A stretch of 64,000 nt of DNA from an uncultured Nitrospinota bacterium (GCA_963707985.1 CAVPRW010000031.1:256001-320000); one strand, 5' to 3'; shown: positions 28,688-39,783, counted from the stretch's first letter. The notes: a model not told the origin generated them from the sequence alone. Translations and numbers: made by a program.

Positions 28688-28957
28688 CTATGAGACGTGG
28701 CGACCAACTGACCCCTTCGACCCTGCGAGCCGCGAGAGCTCGCCGTCGATGCGTTCCACACTCGCCTTCGCTTGGTCTGTTTTTTGGCGTCGTGCCTCGG
28801 AATCGGGCTGCTGCGAGGCGGCCTCGCCCTTACGTTGCTCGATCTCCCGTTGCTGCTGCCAGTAGGCGATGTGGTCCGCCTGACGTTGTTTCCGCTTGAA
28901 GATGACCACAACGCCGATCAGGATGATCCCTGCCAACACGATTGTCCAGACGACCAT
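28688..28957 (-). CDS. Small membrane-anchored coiled-coil hypothetical protein
   Basis: N-terminal TM helix followed by KRK and a Gln/Glu-rich segment; AGGAGG upstream. Confidence 0.6.
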   Translation of the reverse strand: MVVWTIVLAGIILIGVVVIFKRKQRQADHIAYWQQQREIEQRKGEAASQQPDSEARRQKTDQAKASVERIDGELSRLAGSKGSVGRHVS

Positions 28958-29227
28958 GCTCCACCTCCTTGCGCTCCCATATCACTCGAACCAATGGATC
29001 GCGTCATGTGTGCCCGCGCCCGTGACGCATCAGGGGTCCACTGTATGGGTAGATGCACCCCCACATGTCGGAGCTGACCCATCATCGAGCCATCCACCTC
29101 ACAGGACTACCACTATAATACCACAATCAATCGATCTATAAATAAATATATATTGAAATATTGTAAAGACTGGCCTACAGTAAACGATTAGCAGCGGCGA
29201 GCAGGGAAAAACAGGGAGGGATACTGA

Positions 29228-29452
29228 ATGACCACTGAGCGCATACCTCGGGGAGGACACCCGCGGACACAAGGAAACGCGGATGATCCCCTCGTAACCG
29301 TGAGCCTACATGTGCGGCAGAGTCAACTCGCTGAGCTGGATCAGCTGGCAGATGCGGAGCACACGAGCCGCGCTGCCCTGGTGCGCGAGGCCATTGATCG
29401 GCTACTCAAAAACCTGAAGCGCGTACTTACACGCTTGAAACGGCCTTCATGA
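29228..29452 (+). CDS. CopG/RHH DNA-binding protein
   Basis: VTVSLHV....L.ELDQLA.....SRA.LVREAIDRLL; AT-rich upstream region and GGAGG RBS. Confidence 0.75.
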   Translation: MTTERIPRGGHPRTQGNADDPLVTVSLHVRQSQLAELDQLADAEHTSRAALVREAIDRLLKNLKRVLTRLKRPS

Positions 29453-29666
29453 TTGCGAAGAAGTACATTATCGGCATAGGCGTATTCGTCTCACGTGGAT
29501 GTAGCGAATCCACGTCCGCGACGCCACTTCCCACGACGAGATGACCGATCGGTGGGGGAGAGACAAAGGACATCGTTTGGCGCTATGCATACTGGCAAAA
29601 GCGTCGACGATAGCAACTGAAGTGTGTAGGCAGGTTTGGTCTAAGGATCCAAAGAAGGAAGGCGCC

Positions 29667-30119
29667 ATGCGCGCTCAGTGCGTCGCATGGTTGGCAGTGT
29701 TGGTGTTGGCGAACCATCCTACCCTCGCCTTGGGCCAATTATCCTCATGTCCCGGAATTCACGTGCAAATCCTGAACATTCGTAACAGCACTGGAACCGT
29801 CGATTGCGCCCTTTTCGACGCGCCCATTGGTTTCCCGATTGAGGTGCTGCGCTCGGCCACAAATGTAATGGTGATCAAAGTGCGGCATACGCAAGCGCGT
29901 TGCGACTTTGAAGACATCCTGCCGGGAACGTATGCGCTGGCCGTTATTCATGACGAAAATAGCAACGGCAAGCTTGACACCAATTGGCTGGGGGTACCCA
30001 CGGAAGGCTATGGCTTTTCAAATGATGCAAAAGCCCTGCTCGGCGCGCCATCGTTTGCTGCCGCCAGCTTTGCATTTGACGGGCGAAATCTAGAGCTGAC
30101 GATCCGCTTGCAGTACTGA
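29667..30119 (+). CDS. DUF2141 family exported protein
   Basis: Signal peptide; PGTYALAVIHDENSNGKLDTNWLGVPTEGYGFSNDA....G.PSF..A.F. Confidence 0.88.
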   Translation: MRAQCVAWLAVLVLANHPTLALGQLSSCPGIHVQILNIRNSTGTVDCALFDAPIGFPIEVLRSATNVMVIKVRHTQARCDFEDILPGTYALAVIHDENSNGKLDTNWLGVPTEGYGFSNDAKALLGAPSFAAASFAFDGRNLELTIRLQY

Positions 30120-30271
30120 GGACTGGTGGGACTCGACTTAGGCCTATCGGGCTGCTCACAGCGGTTGTGAGGGTCCATGCCAGTATGCCCTATCGTAGAC
30201 GCGTTGCGATGGGCCAGTGACGCGTGCCACTAGACAGGCCCGAGACTTTGCACCATAAAAGGAGAACAGCG

Positions 30272-30664
30272 ATGCGCAACACGATTGTAGCCGGGCTCAT
30301 GGGCGTGATGATGGCCGTCGCCGCTGTGGACGTGGCGGCCCAAGTTGCGGGCTCGACAACTACGGGGGTGACTATTGAGGAGATCAAGACCATCGCCCTC
30401 GGATGGAGCGCGAAGAAGCAGATCCTCGGCAAGTCCGTGTACAATGACAAAGACGAAAAGGTAGGGGACGTGGACGACCTCATCATCGCACCTGACAGCT
30501 CCGTCTCTTATGCCATTATCGGCGTAGGGGGGTTCCTTGGTCTCGGCGAACGCCAGGTGGCGATTCCCGTCAACCATTTCAAGAGTGGCGACGGCAGGAT
30601 TGTATTGCCGGGCGCGACGAAAGACGCACTGCAGGCTATGCCGTCTTTCCAATATGCCAAGTAA
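30272..30664 (+). CDS. PRC-barrel domain exported protein
   Basis: ILGKSVYNDKDEKVGDVDDLII......SYAIIGVGGFLGLGE..VAIP; signal peptide. Confidence 0.9.
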   Translation: MRNTIVAGLMGVMMAVAAVDVAAQVAGSTTTGVTIEEIKTIALGWSAKKQILGKSVYNDKDEKVGDVDDLIIAPDSSVSYAIIGVGGFLGLGERQVAIPVNHFKSGDGRIVLPGATKDALQAMPSFQYAK

Positions 30665-30719
30665 CGCAAGGCAGGTTCGTTAGGCACGGTGTGGGAGTAG
30701 TTACCCTGCTCACCGCTAG

Positions 30720-30787
30720 GATCGTCGCAAGATTTCAACATTTTCAGCAGGAATTTCACAGACGGCACGGGACGCCTGCGGTATAGT
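30720..30787 (+). promoter_or_regulatory. Conserved 68-bp module, copy 2 (upstream of AI-2E transporter-glgX-treZ)
   Basis: GATCGTCGCAAGATTTCAACATTTTCAGCAGGAATTTCACAGACG-N17-TATAGT. Confidence 0.85.
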
Positions 30788-30905
30788 TTGATGCCCAAGT
30801 CGACACGTATCTCGCAAGTATTGGAGGTCTATCACTCTGCTGCGGGACCATGGCCAGGGGCCGCGTGCAGTTGAAACGATGCGGAGAGCTACTAAGGAAA
30901 TCATC

Positions 30906-32802
30906 ATGCCCGCTGTGGTACGCAAGCCGCCACTGTTTTATGCCCTTGCCAGTTTCGTCCTGGTCATTGCGTGTCTGTATTGGGGACGCGTGGTGCTGAT
31001 CCCGGTGGCGCTGGCCATCTTGCTGACCTTCTTGTTGAATCCGGTCGTCAGCATGCTCCAACGCCTCGGGCTCGGACGCACGCCGCCGGTGATCCTGATC
31101 GTGGTGCTGGCGTTTGTCATCCTCGGTGGCATTGGCTGGGCGGTGACGGGCCAGCTCGCAACGCTCGCGAACGAGCTGCCACAATATACGAGCAACCTCA
31201 AGACACAAGATTGCCGATCTGCGGGGAGCCAGCCAAGGCGGCATCGTCGAGAAGCTCGAACGGACAGTCGGGGAACTCCTCGACGAGCTGCACAAGACCG
31301 ACTCGCCTCGGCAAGGCAGCCCGCTTGCACAGGACACGGAAAAGCCGGTGCTCGTGGCCGTTCAAGCACCGTCCGTCCTCTGGCAGCTGCCGACACTGTT
31401 CGAGCCGTTGGCGACTGCCGGTCTGGTGCTGGTGTTGGTGATCTTCATGCTTCTCAAGCATGCCGACCTGCGCAATCGGCTGATTGCCCTCGCCGGCTAC
31501 GGCCAGATGACGCTGGCCACCAAAGCGCTGGATGAGGCCGGCCAGCGCATTAGCCGCTACTTACTTATGCAGTCGCTCATCAATGGCAGCTATGGGGTTG
31601 CAGTGGGCCTTGGGCTGTTTCTGATCGGCGTACCATATGCCGTTCTCTGGGGGTTTCTGGCGGCCGCCTTGCGGTTTATCCCATACGTCGGTCCGGCGGT
31701 GTCGGCACTCCTCCCGACCGCCCTCAGCCTGGCCGTCTTCCCTGGGTGGGGGCAGCCACTTATGGTCGTCGGCCTCATCGTGCTGCTGGAACTCTCAAGC
31801 AACATGGTCATGGAGCCGTTGCTCTATGGCCAGAGCGCTGGCGTCTCAGCCGTGGCGCTGCTGGTGGCGATCGCCTTTTGGACGTGGCTGTGGGGGCCCG
31901 TCGGACTGCTCCTGGCCACCCCGCTGACCGTGTGCCTGGGTGTACTCGGCAAATACGTTCCGCAGCTGAAGTTCGTCGGGGTGCTGATAGGCGAAGAGGC
32001 ACCGCTGGAAACACACACCAGCTACTATCAGCGGTTGATCGCCAAGGATGACGATGAGGCGGCGGAGCTGGTGGATGAGTATCTGCAGACGCATACGCTG
32101 GACGAGGTCTACGACGACCTGCTCCTGCCAGCGCTGACCTCTGCCAAACAGGACCGTGGGCAAGACGCCCTCACGGATGAAGACGTCCAATTCGTGGTCC
32201 AGGCGACGCGTGCGATCGTGGAGGACCTGGGGGTGCGCCAGTCCCAAACGGCGACGCTCCCGGCAGACGCCCCAGAGCTCTTGGCGGGAGAAGTCCGTGT
32301 GGCGCCACTGCCGCCCGTCCGCATTTTCGGTTGTCCGGCGCACGACGCGGTGGACGAATTGGCCCTGCAGATGTTCCGGCAATTGCTCGATCCCACACAG
32401 ATCGTGCTGGAGATCGTGTCGCCTGAGGTGCTGACCGCCGAGGTGCTCTCCCTGATTGAGCAGCAACGCGTGGGGCTCGTCTGTATTGCGGCACTCCCGC
32501 CCGGAGCCTTGGCCCCGACCCGCTACCTCTGCAAGCGCCTGCGGGTTCGGTTCCCCGAGCTCAAGATCGTGGTCGGACGCTGGGGGTTCACCGGCAATGT
32601 CCAAGAGGACCGATCGCGCCTGCTCTCGGCCGGTGCTGATGAGGTGGCGATGACCCTGCGCGAGACACGCAACCACGTGATGCATCTGATCCCGCTGCTC
32701 TCCACCCTCGAACCACAGGCCTTGCCGAATGGAGCCCATGGGCTCCGCCTCCTGGCGGAGAGCCCCGTGCTCCCGTCATCGCCAGGCGGGATTAGCGCGT
32801 GA
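30906..32802 (+). CDS. AI-2E family transporter with soluble C-terminal extension (+1 frameshift at ~31203)
   Basis: LIPVALAILLTFLL.P.V, ISRYL, LWG.LAA.LRFIPYVGP, EP.LYG...GVS, FWTWLWGP.GL.LATPLTVCL. Confidence 0.88.
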
Positions 32803-32892
32803 TGAGGCGGGCTGTGGCGCACACAGCTCCACGGCGGCTGGCCACAGGTGGTGGGAGATGGATCCGAACGCTCTTCCGACGGAGGTGAAGCA

Positions 32893-35104
32893 ATGCGCAT
32901 TTGGCCAGGAAGTCCCTATCCGCCCGGCGCCACGTGGGATGGGCGAGGTGTGAACTTTGCGCTGTTCTCCGAGCATGCCACCAAGGTTGAGCTCTGTCTG
33001 TTCGAGACGGTGGATGCGCAGTCCGAGGTGTGCCGCATTGCGCTCCCCGAACATACTGACCAAGCCTGGCATGGCTACCTACCAGAGGTCCTACCGGGGC
33101 AGCTCTATGGGTATCGTGTGCATGGCCCCTATGAGCCGCAACAGGGCCTCCGCTTCAACCCTCACAAAGTGCTGCTGGACCCGTATGCCAAGTCCATCGG
33201 CCGCGACGTGCGGTGGGCCGACGAGCTCTTTGGCTATCGTATAGGCGATCCGGACGCGGACCTGTCCTTCGACGAGCGGGACAGCGCGGCCTATGCCCCC
33301 CTGGCCGTGGTCATCGATCCGGCCTTTACCTGGAGCGATGACCGCCCGCCACGGACCCCATGGCACAAGACCATCATCTATGAGCTGCATGTGAAAGGCT
33401 TCACACAGCTGCATCCGGAGGTGCCTGAACGGCTGCGCGGCACGTACCTCGGGCTGGCGACAGCGGCCGCTGTCAGGCACCTGACCAGCCTGGGGATCAC
33501 AGCCGTCGAGCTCATGCCCGTGCACCACTTCCTCAATGACCGCTATCTCGTCGACCGCGGGCTCAACAATTACTGGGGCTACAGCACACTCGCCTTCTTC
33601 GCCCCCGCCAGCCGGTATACTGCGACGCGTGTGCCGCAAGACGCCGTCCAGCAGTTCAAGATGATGGTTTCCGCTCTGCATGCCGCGGACATCGAAGTGA
33701 TCCTGGACGTGGTCTATAACCACACCGCCGAAGGCAGCCAGCTCGGTCCCACGTTGTCGATGCGCGGGGTGGATAACGCCGCCTACTACCGACTCTCCCC
33801 GGAAGACCCGCGCTACTACATGGATTTTACGGGCTGTGGCAACTCCCCCAACATGCAACATCCCCGCGTGCTCCAGCTCATCATGGACAGCCTGCGGTAC
33901 TGGGTCACGGAGATGCATGTCGACGGCTTTCGGTTTGATCTGGCCAGCACCCTGGCCCGTGAGCTTTTTGAGGTCGACCGCCTGGGAGCCTTCTTCGACA
34001 TCATTCATCAGGACCCGGTCTTGTCCCAGGTCAAGCTTATCGCCGAGCCTTGGGACGTCGGTACCGGCGGCTACCAGGTGGGCAATTTCCCGATCTTGTG
34101 GAGTGAGTGGAACGGCAAGTACCGCGACACCGTGCGGCAGCTTCTGGAAGGGCGACGGGGGCACATTATCAGAGTTTGCCACCCGACTGAGCGGCAGCAG
34201 CGATCTGTATCAGCATGATGGGCGCAAGCCCTCGGCCAGCATCAATTTTATCACCTGCCACGACGGCTTTACGCTCCACGACCTGGTCAGTTACAATGAC
34301 AAGCATAACGACGCGAATGGCGACGAGAACCAGGACGGCACCAATGACAACCACAGTTGGAACTGTGGGGTCGAGGGCCCAACCGACGATCCCGCCATCA
34401 ACGCCCTACGCTGGCAACAACAGCGCAATTTTCTCACGACGCTGGTGTTGTCGCAAGGCGTCCCCATGCTCCTGGCCGGCGACGAGCTCGGCCAGACGCA
34501 GCAGGGGAACAACAACACGTATTGCCAGGATAATGAGCTCACCTGGCTCAATTGGCAGTTGACCGACGAGCAGCGAGCCTGGTGTGACTTCGTGCGCGCT
34601 GCCATTGAGGTCCGGCGCACCCAGCCGGTCTTTCGACGCCGTAAGTTCTTTCATGACCGTGCGATTCATGGCGAGGGGATTCAGGACATCTCGTGGTTCG
34701 ATGCTTCTGGCCAGGAGATGACCGAGAAGGACTGGCATAATGGCTATGTCCGCTGCCTTGGGGTGCGCCTGGCCGGAGATCTCATTGGAGGCACTGATGA
34801 GCGGGGCGACCTGGTGGTGGGCGACACCCTGCTACTGCTGATGAACGCCCATCACGAAGCCATTCCCTTTATGCTCCCGCCCCTCAAGAAGGGGCAGCGG
34901 TGGGAGCGAGTGCTCGATACCGCCTCGGCACCACTGCCGTTCGAGGGCGAGCCACGGTATGCTTTGCAAGGCCGCACGATGGCAGTGCTGCACGCGAGGC
35001 TGCAACACAAGCAGGCGTGGCAAGCTCTTGGGACTGCACCCCTCCACTCCGTAGGAGAACCTCATGCTGATGGAAAAGACAAAGAACCTCAAGCAACTCT
35101 GTGA
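32893..35104 (+). CDS. glgX: Glycogen debranching enzyme GlgX (+1 frameshift at ~34139)
   Basis: [76 protein letters not shown]. Confidence 0.92.
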
Positions 35105-37061
35105 CGATCCCCAAGTCCGACAACCCCGCCGACTCCCTGTAGGGGCAGAGGTGGTCCCGGGGAAGGGTGTCCATTTTCGGGTATGGGCCTCACAGCGCTG
35201 CCATGTGGAAGTGGTACTCGAAGGTGGACCCGGGCAGAGGCCTGGCGCGGAGCCACGGGTCGTTGCATTAATGCCCGAGGCGTCCGGCTATTTCTCAGGG
35301 CTGGTGGCTGGCGCGGACGCCGGTACACTGTATCGCTACCGGCTCGATGGCGAGGCCACGTTATATCCGGACCCGGCGTCGCGTTTTCAGCCCCGTGGGC
35401 CGCATGGCCCTTCACAGGTCATCGATCCAGACAGCTTTGACTGGCATGACAGTCTATGGCCCGGCGTGCCCCTGATCGGGCAGGTCATCTATGAGATGCA
35501 CCTCGGAACCTTCACATCCGAGGGGACGTGGGAGGCTGCCAGCCGCGAACTGCCGGAATTGGCCAAGGTCGGGATCACCGTGATCGAGATCATGCCCATC
35601 GCCGATTTCCCAGGTCGCTTCGGCTGGGGCTATGATGGCGTTAACCTGTTTGCCCCCACGCGTCTCTATGGCACGCCTGACGATTGTCGACGCTTCGTCG
35701 ATCGCGCCCACGCGCTGGGGCTCGGGGTGATCCTGGACGTGGTCTATAATCACTTTGGGCCGGACGGAAATTATCTCATGCGGTTTTCGCCAGAGTATTT
35801 TTCCGCCCGCTATACCACCGACTGGGGAGAGGCCATCAACTTCGACGACGAGCACGCTGGCCCTGTGCGCGAGTTCTTTCTCGCCAATGCCGGATACTGG
35901 ATCGATGAATTTCACTTCGATGGCCTGCGCCTCGACGCCACCCAGAACATTTACGACAGTTCATCGGACCATATTCTGGCGGCGGTCGCCCGCGTCGTGC
36001 GCCAGGCGGCCCACGGGCGCGCCACCCTCCTGGTGGCGGAAAACGAGCGGCAGCAGACCCACATGGTACGCCCGCCAGCACAGGGTGGCTATGGCCTCGA
36101 TGCCCTTTGGAACGATGACTTCCACCACAGCGCCATGGTAGCGCTGACCGGGCGCAACGAGGCCTATTACACCGATCATCATGGCACGCCCCAGGAGTTT
36201 ATCTCGGCGCTCAAGTGGGGCTACCTCTACCAAGGACAGTGGTATACCTGGCAGCAACAGCGTCGCGGCACGCCAGCCTTTGGCCTCCAGCCGGCCACGT
36301 TCGTGACCTTCATCCAAAATCACGACCAGATCGCCAATTCCGGCCGCGGCCTGCGCTGCCACCGGCTGACCAGTCCCGGCCGGTCTAAAGCCTTGACCGC
36401 AGTGATGCTCCTGGGGCCTGGGACCCCTATGCTCTTTCAGGGACAGGAGTTCGCCGCCTCGAGTCCTTTTTTTTACTTTGCTGATTTCGATGGAGAGCTT
36501 GCCCAACTGGTGCGTCAGGGGCGCGCAGAGTCTCTCCGCCAGTTTCCCAGCATCGCCCAACCGGAGATGCAGGCGCAATTACCTGATCCCTCAGACCCCG
36601 AGACCTTCGCCCGTTCGAAGCTCGATCTCTCCGAACGCCAGCGCCACGCCGAGATCTATACGCTCCACTGCGATCTGTTGCGATTACGGCGTGAGGATCC
36701 TGTATTTCGTGCCCAGCGCCTGGGCGGGATGGAGGGGGCTGTCCTGGGGTCGGAAGCCTTCGTGCTGCGCTTTTTCGGCGAGAATAGCGATGATCGCCTG
36801 CTGGTGGTCAATCTTGGGCGTGACCTACCGATGTGTCCGGCACCGGAACCGCTATTGGCCCCGCCGCAGGACCGGGAATGGACAATCTTGTGGTCCAGTG
36901 AAGACCCACGCTACGGTGGCAGTGGCACGGCACCTCTGGAGGGCGTGACGAATTGGCATATGCCGGGCCATGCGGCCGTGGTGCTGCGGCCAAAACCTGC
37001 CCCGTCTGATCTCACGCGCGCAGGCCCGACAACGCGTGCCCGCAGTGCACATCCTGCCTGA
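35064..37061 (+). CDS. treZ: Malto-oligosyltrehalose trehalohydrolase
   Basis: PDPASRFQP.GPHGPS, YEMHLGTFT.EGT, WGYDGV, DVVYNHFGPDGNY, DGLRLDATQ, WNDDFHH, QNHDQIAN. Confidence 0.93.
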   Translation: MLMEKTKNLKQLCDDPQVRQPRRLPVGAEVVPGKGVHFRVWASQRCHVEVVLEGGPGQRPGAEPRVVALMPEASGYFSGLVAGADAGTLYRYRLDGEATLYPDPASRFQPRGPHGPSQVIDPDSFDWHDSLWPGVPLIGQVIYEMHLGTFTSEGTWEAASRELPELAKVGITVIEIMPIADFPGRFGWGYDGVNLFAPTRLYGTPDDCRRFVDRAHALGLGVILDVVYNHFGPDGNYLMRFSPEYFSARYTTDWGEAINFDDEHAGPVREFFLANAGYWIDEFHFDGLRLDATQNIYDSSSDHILAAVARVVRQAAHGRATLLVAENERQQTHMVRPPAQGGYGLDALWNDDFHHSAMVALTGRNEAYYTDHHGTPQEFISALKWGYLYQGQWYTWQQQRRGTPAFGLQPATFVTFIQNHDQIANSGRGLRCHRLTSPGRSKALTAVMLLGPGTPMLFQGQEFAASSPFFYFADFDGELAQLVRQGRAESLRQFPSIAQPEMQAQLPDPSDPETFARSKLDLSERQRHAEIYTLHCDLLRLRREDPVFRAQRLGGMEGAVLGSEAFVLRFFGENSDDRLLVVNLGRDLPMCPAPEPLLAPPQDREWTILWSSEDPRYGGSGTAPLEGVTNWHMPGHAAVVLRPKPAPSDLTRAGPTTRARSAHPA

Positions 37062-37200
37062 AGGGAATGAGAAGGGAAGCGCTCGTGCCGCCCCCAAGTA
37101 TCTCGGGCGTATCCAGTCTTCCTGGACCGCCACATAATTCCGACCGTGTCGTGGTCGCCAAACTCTTGGTGATCCAGCCTGCATTCGTGTAGAAGTAGAA

Positions 37201-37800
37201 TTAGAGGTTTTTTGTTCTGATAATGTTTAGCAATTCATCAAATGATAAGGATTTCAAGATCCAATGAAACTGTGTTCTGTAGCTTCTTATCACACTGAAA
37301 CTATCGTTTTCCAACAGTACATCGTACACTTTCCAGGCTGATCCAAATGGGTGCATTTGGAACTTTACCTTAAATGCTTCACCAGACAGGTCTATGCTTG
37401 TCATGACCCTTGCAGTTGATCCTTGTATCTCTTCATCTATACATGTCACTTTCATCGCTCTTAATTTATCCATTTTATTCAAAAATGTTCTTTTAGTAAA
37501 TTCGGTAAATATGACTACAAATTCATCTTGCTTCTCAATGTTCTGTTCCCAGTGTGCTCCAAGGATACGCTTGGACATTTCCCTAAAATCAAATTGGTCA
37601 ACAATGATGTCTCGCACCTGCTCTGTTTTGATATCCTCCCCAAGACCTGGATCGCGCGATACGGCCTGAAGACGGTCAAGCGTCTCCGCTAATGCCTGTA
37701 TTGGCGTCTCAGCGAAGAGGTCATACTTCACTACCCCCCAAAGGAAGCAACACGCAACCATCGTGCAATGTAGAATTGTCTTGCATTTCCTTGGTTCCAT
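37201..37800 (-). CDS. mlaC: MlaC/Ttg2D-like phospholipid-binding protein (AT-rich)
   Basis: FDFREMSKRILG.HW, F...F, WKVYDV..E..S.I.SYR.QF; visibly AT-richer than flanks. Confidence 0.75.
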   Translation of the reverse strand: MEPRKCKTILHCTMVACCFLWGVVKYDLFAETPIQALAETLDRLQAVSRDPGLGEDIKTEQVRDIIVDQFDFREMSKRILGAHWEQNIEKQDEFVVIFTEFTKRTFLNKMDKLRAMKVTCIDEEIQGSTARVMTSIDLSGEAFKVKFQMHPFGSAWKVYDVLLENDSFSVIRSYRTQFHWILKSLSFDELLNIIRTKNL

Positions 37801-38071
37801 GGCTCATCCTCCGTAATTGCGATTCTTCCCTATGAACGGGTCGCAATGCATGGCTCGGGTCACTCACCTCCCTCCTAATGGACAGCTAGAGGGTGGGCCT
37901 TCCCAGAAACGGGAGAGCTCATGCGCCCCTAGGTCCTATTCGATTGCTTGATTTGCAATAATCTAATAATTGTTCACCTATTCCTCGAGCCAGGCAGCGG
38001 GATGCCTAAACTGCTCGAAGATGGCGAGTGGTGGGAAGCAATGACGGCGCTGCCTCCCTGGCCCTGCATTC

Positions 38072-38830
38072 TCAGATGGCGCCTCCGTTTACCCCTGCAC
38101 GGGACATTGGGGCTGGCTGCTGCCTTGGGCTCTCGATTGGCTGACCGCCCCGCTGGCTCCGAGCCCTCTCAATGTGTGGGGCCAGGGTCGGCACAGCCTG
38201 CTTGACCATCTCGCGTAGTGTGCTGAGTAAAGCCCCCACGGCTGCGACTTTGAGTATGGCCATTTCGTCCTTCAATTGCTCCAGTAAGCCGATTCCCATA
38301 CCCTCCTGCAGCTGTGGATGAACGGACAACTCACCATCGGAGGGAGGGAGGCAGTCTTGCTCGGCATGAGAGGCGGACATATCAGTAGTTGTACCTGCCG
38401 CAGCGGAAGATGAGTCAGCGATGGAGCATGCAGGAGACGTGCTCCCACCACCCCAGCTGCCGAGCAGATAGCCCGCCAACGTGGCACCGCCAACCATCAG
38501 CCACGGGTGTTGATCCACCTGATACGGCACATCAAAGGTGCGCTTGACCGTTTCGACGGTCTCCCCGACGGTTCCCTTGACCGTCTCCACAATCTCCTCC
38601 ACCGTGGATTGTGCGCCTTCAACGCCATGCCTCACCGCTTCGACGGTCGTGTCTACCATGTCCTTGACATTCTCCACGATATCCTCCACGGATGATTGTG
38701 CGCCTTCGACGGTCTCCCGGACGCGCGCTTCCAGGATGTCGAGCTTCTCTGTTATGGCCGCACGTGTGTACTCGATACCTTGACAGGTAGCGTCGATGTC
38801 CTGTGGCCTGTCGTCTGCTCTGTCAGCCAT
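38072..38830 (-). CDS. DUF3618/DUF883-like stress protein with internal helical repeats
   Basis: IE.TRA.I.EKLD.LE; repeated VEGAQS.VE.IVE.VK; HPWLMVGGA..AGYLLG. Confidence 0.7.
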   Translation of the reverse strand: MADRADDRPQDIDATCQGIEYTRAAITEKLDILEARVRETVEGAQSSVEDIVENVKDMVDTTVEAVRHGVEGAQSTVEEIVETVKGTVGETVETVKRTFDVPYQVDQHPWLMVGGATLAGYLLGSWGGGSTSPACSIADSSSAAAGTTTDMSASHAEQDCLPPSDGELSVHPQLQEGMGIGLLEQLKDEMAILKVAAVGALLSTLREMVKQAVPTLAPHIERARSQRGGQPIESPRQQPAPMSRAGVNGGAI

Positions 38831-39213
38831 TGCACATTCTCCTTTATTGTCTCAAGCGTCCGCTGAGGCACCACGTCGAGAGCCTCTGCTTGGCGTTTGC
38901 CTATGGCGAGCAGCACCCCAGCCAGGACGACCAAGACGCCCCCCACGATGCCGTAGCACCCCCAGAGCGGAATCGCCGTGTAGGCCACCAGCACCTGGAC
39001 CAACATGAGCATCAGCAACATCCCACCGATGGCGACGACTCCTATCCCGAGGCCCAGTGTGATTGCGGCGGTCTTGGCGTGACGCAGAGTGTCTTGCACC
39101 TCGAGCTTCGTTAGCGCCAATTCCTGTACCAGTAAATCTTTGACATCGTTCACGATGCCGCCCACCAGCGCCGCTACGCTCGGCTCTGACGCGTGTTGCG
39201 ACCCGTTGTCCAT
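38752..39213 (-). CDS. YqjE/DUF1469 ('phage holin family') membrane protein
   Basis: SV..LV.GI..D...L..QEL.L.K.E, two TM helices, P.RT.ETIKE.VQW. Confidence 0.8.
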   Translation of the reverse strand: MDNGSQHASEPSVAALVGGIVNDVKDLLVQELALTKLEVQDTLRHAKTAAITLGLGIGVVAIGGMLLMLMLVQVLVAYTAIPLWGCYGIVGGVLVVLAGVLLAIGKRQAEALDVVPQRTLETIKENVQWLTEQTTGHRTSTLPVKVSSTHVRP

Positions 39214-39216
39214 GGG

Positions 39217-39783
39217 TTATTCCTTCGTAATGCGCGCCAGTACATAGCCAAGGCCAACCCCAACTAATAACGATTGCACGGGGTAGCGGCGAATCACGGC
39301 GGTGAGGTCTGTGGCAATATTTTCATAGCCCTTCTCTTGCAGGTAAGAGCTCGCCGATTCCAAGCCACCGGCTACAGCGGTCGCAGCGCTGGCTATCGTG
39401 CCTTCATGCGGAACATTGTCCCAAATCGCGCTCGCCATGGATCCCGCCGTCTCACCGACCGCTGTTGCAGCCCCCCCTGCCATGCTTGCGGCCGTCATCC
39501 CAAGCTCTTGTACCTTGGCCGTCATCTGAGCAACAGTGCCATTTGCTTCCGGCATCCCACTGCTGCTGGGACCGCTCATTTTGGCGGCGTATTCATTGAA
39601 GCGCCCTTCAACTTCTTGGTGAGCCTGATCACGAGCATAACCGTATTTCTCTTGTACCAAGTCGATCAGTTGGTCCATCTGTCCCCCGATCTTGTCGAAG
39701 TCGGCATCGGAGAGTTTGCCCCACCACGATTTTAGTGCGCCCCGCATGTGCTTCCACTGGTCTGCGAAGATGGTTTGGTTCAT
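39217..39783 (-). CDS. CsbD(YjbJ)-like N-terminal domain fused to an ElaB/YqjD-like C-terminal anchor
   Basis: MN......QWK...G..K.WWGKL.D.D...I.G..DQL...VQEKYG..RDQA..EV; C-terminal IRRYPVQSLLVGVGLGYVLAR. Confidence 0.8.
   Translation of the reverse strand: MNQTIFADQWKHMRGALKSWWGKLSDADFDKIGGQMDQLIDLVQEKYGYARDQAHQEVEGRFNEYAAKMSGPSSSGMPEANGTVAQMTAKVQELGMTAASMAGGAATAVGETAGSMASAIWDNVPHEGTIASAATAVAGGLESASSYLQEKGYENIATDLTAVIRRYPVQSLLVGVGLGYVLARITKE

Noticed and set aside
38752..39213. 'Phage holin' as evidence of a prophage lysis cassette
   Set aside because: The context is a YqjD/YqjE-type stress operon; no endolysin or structural phage genes are nearby.
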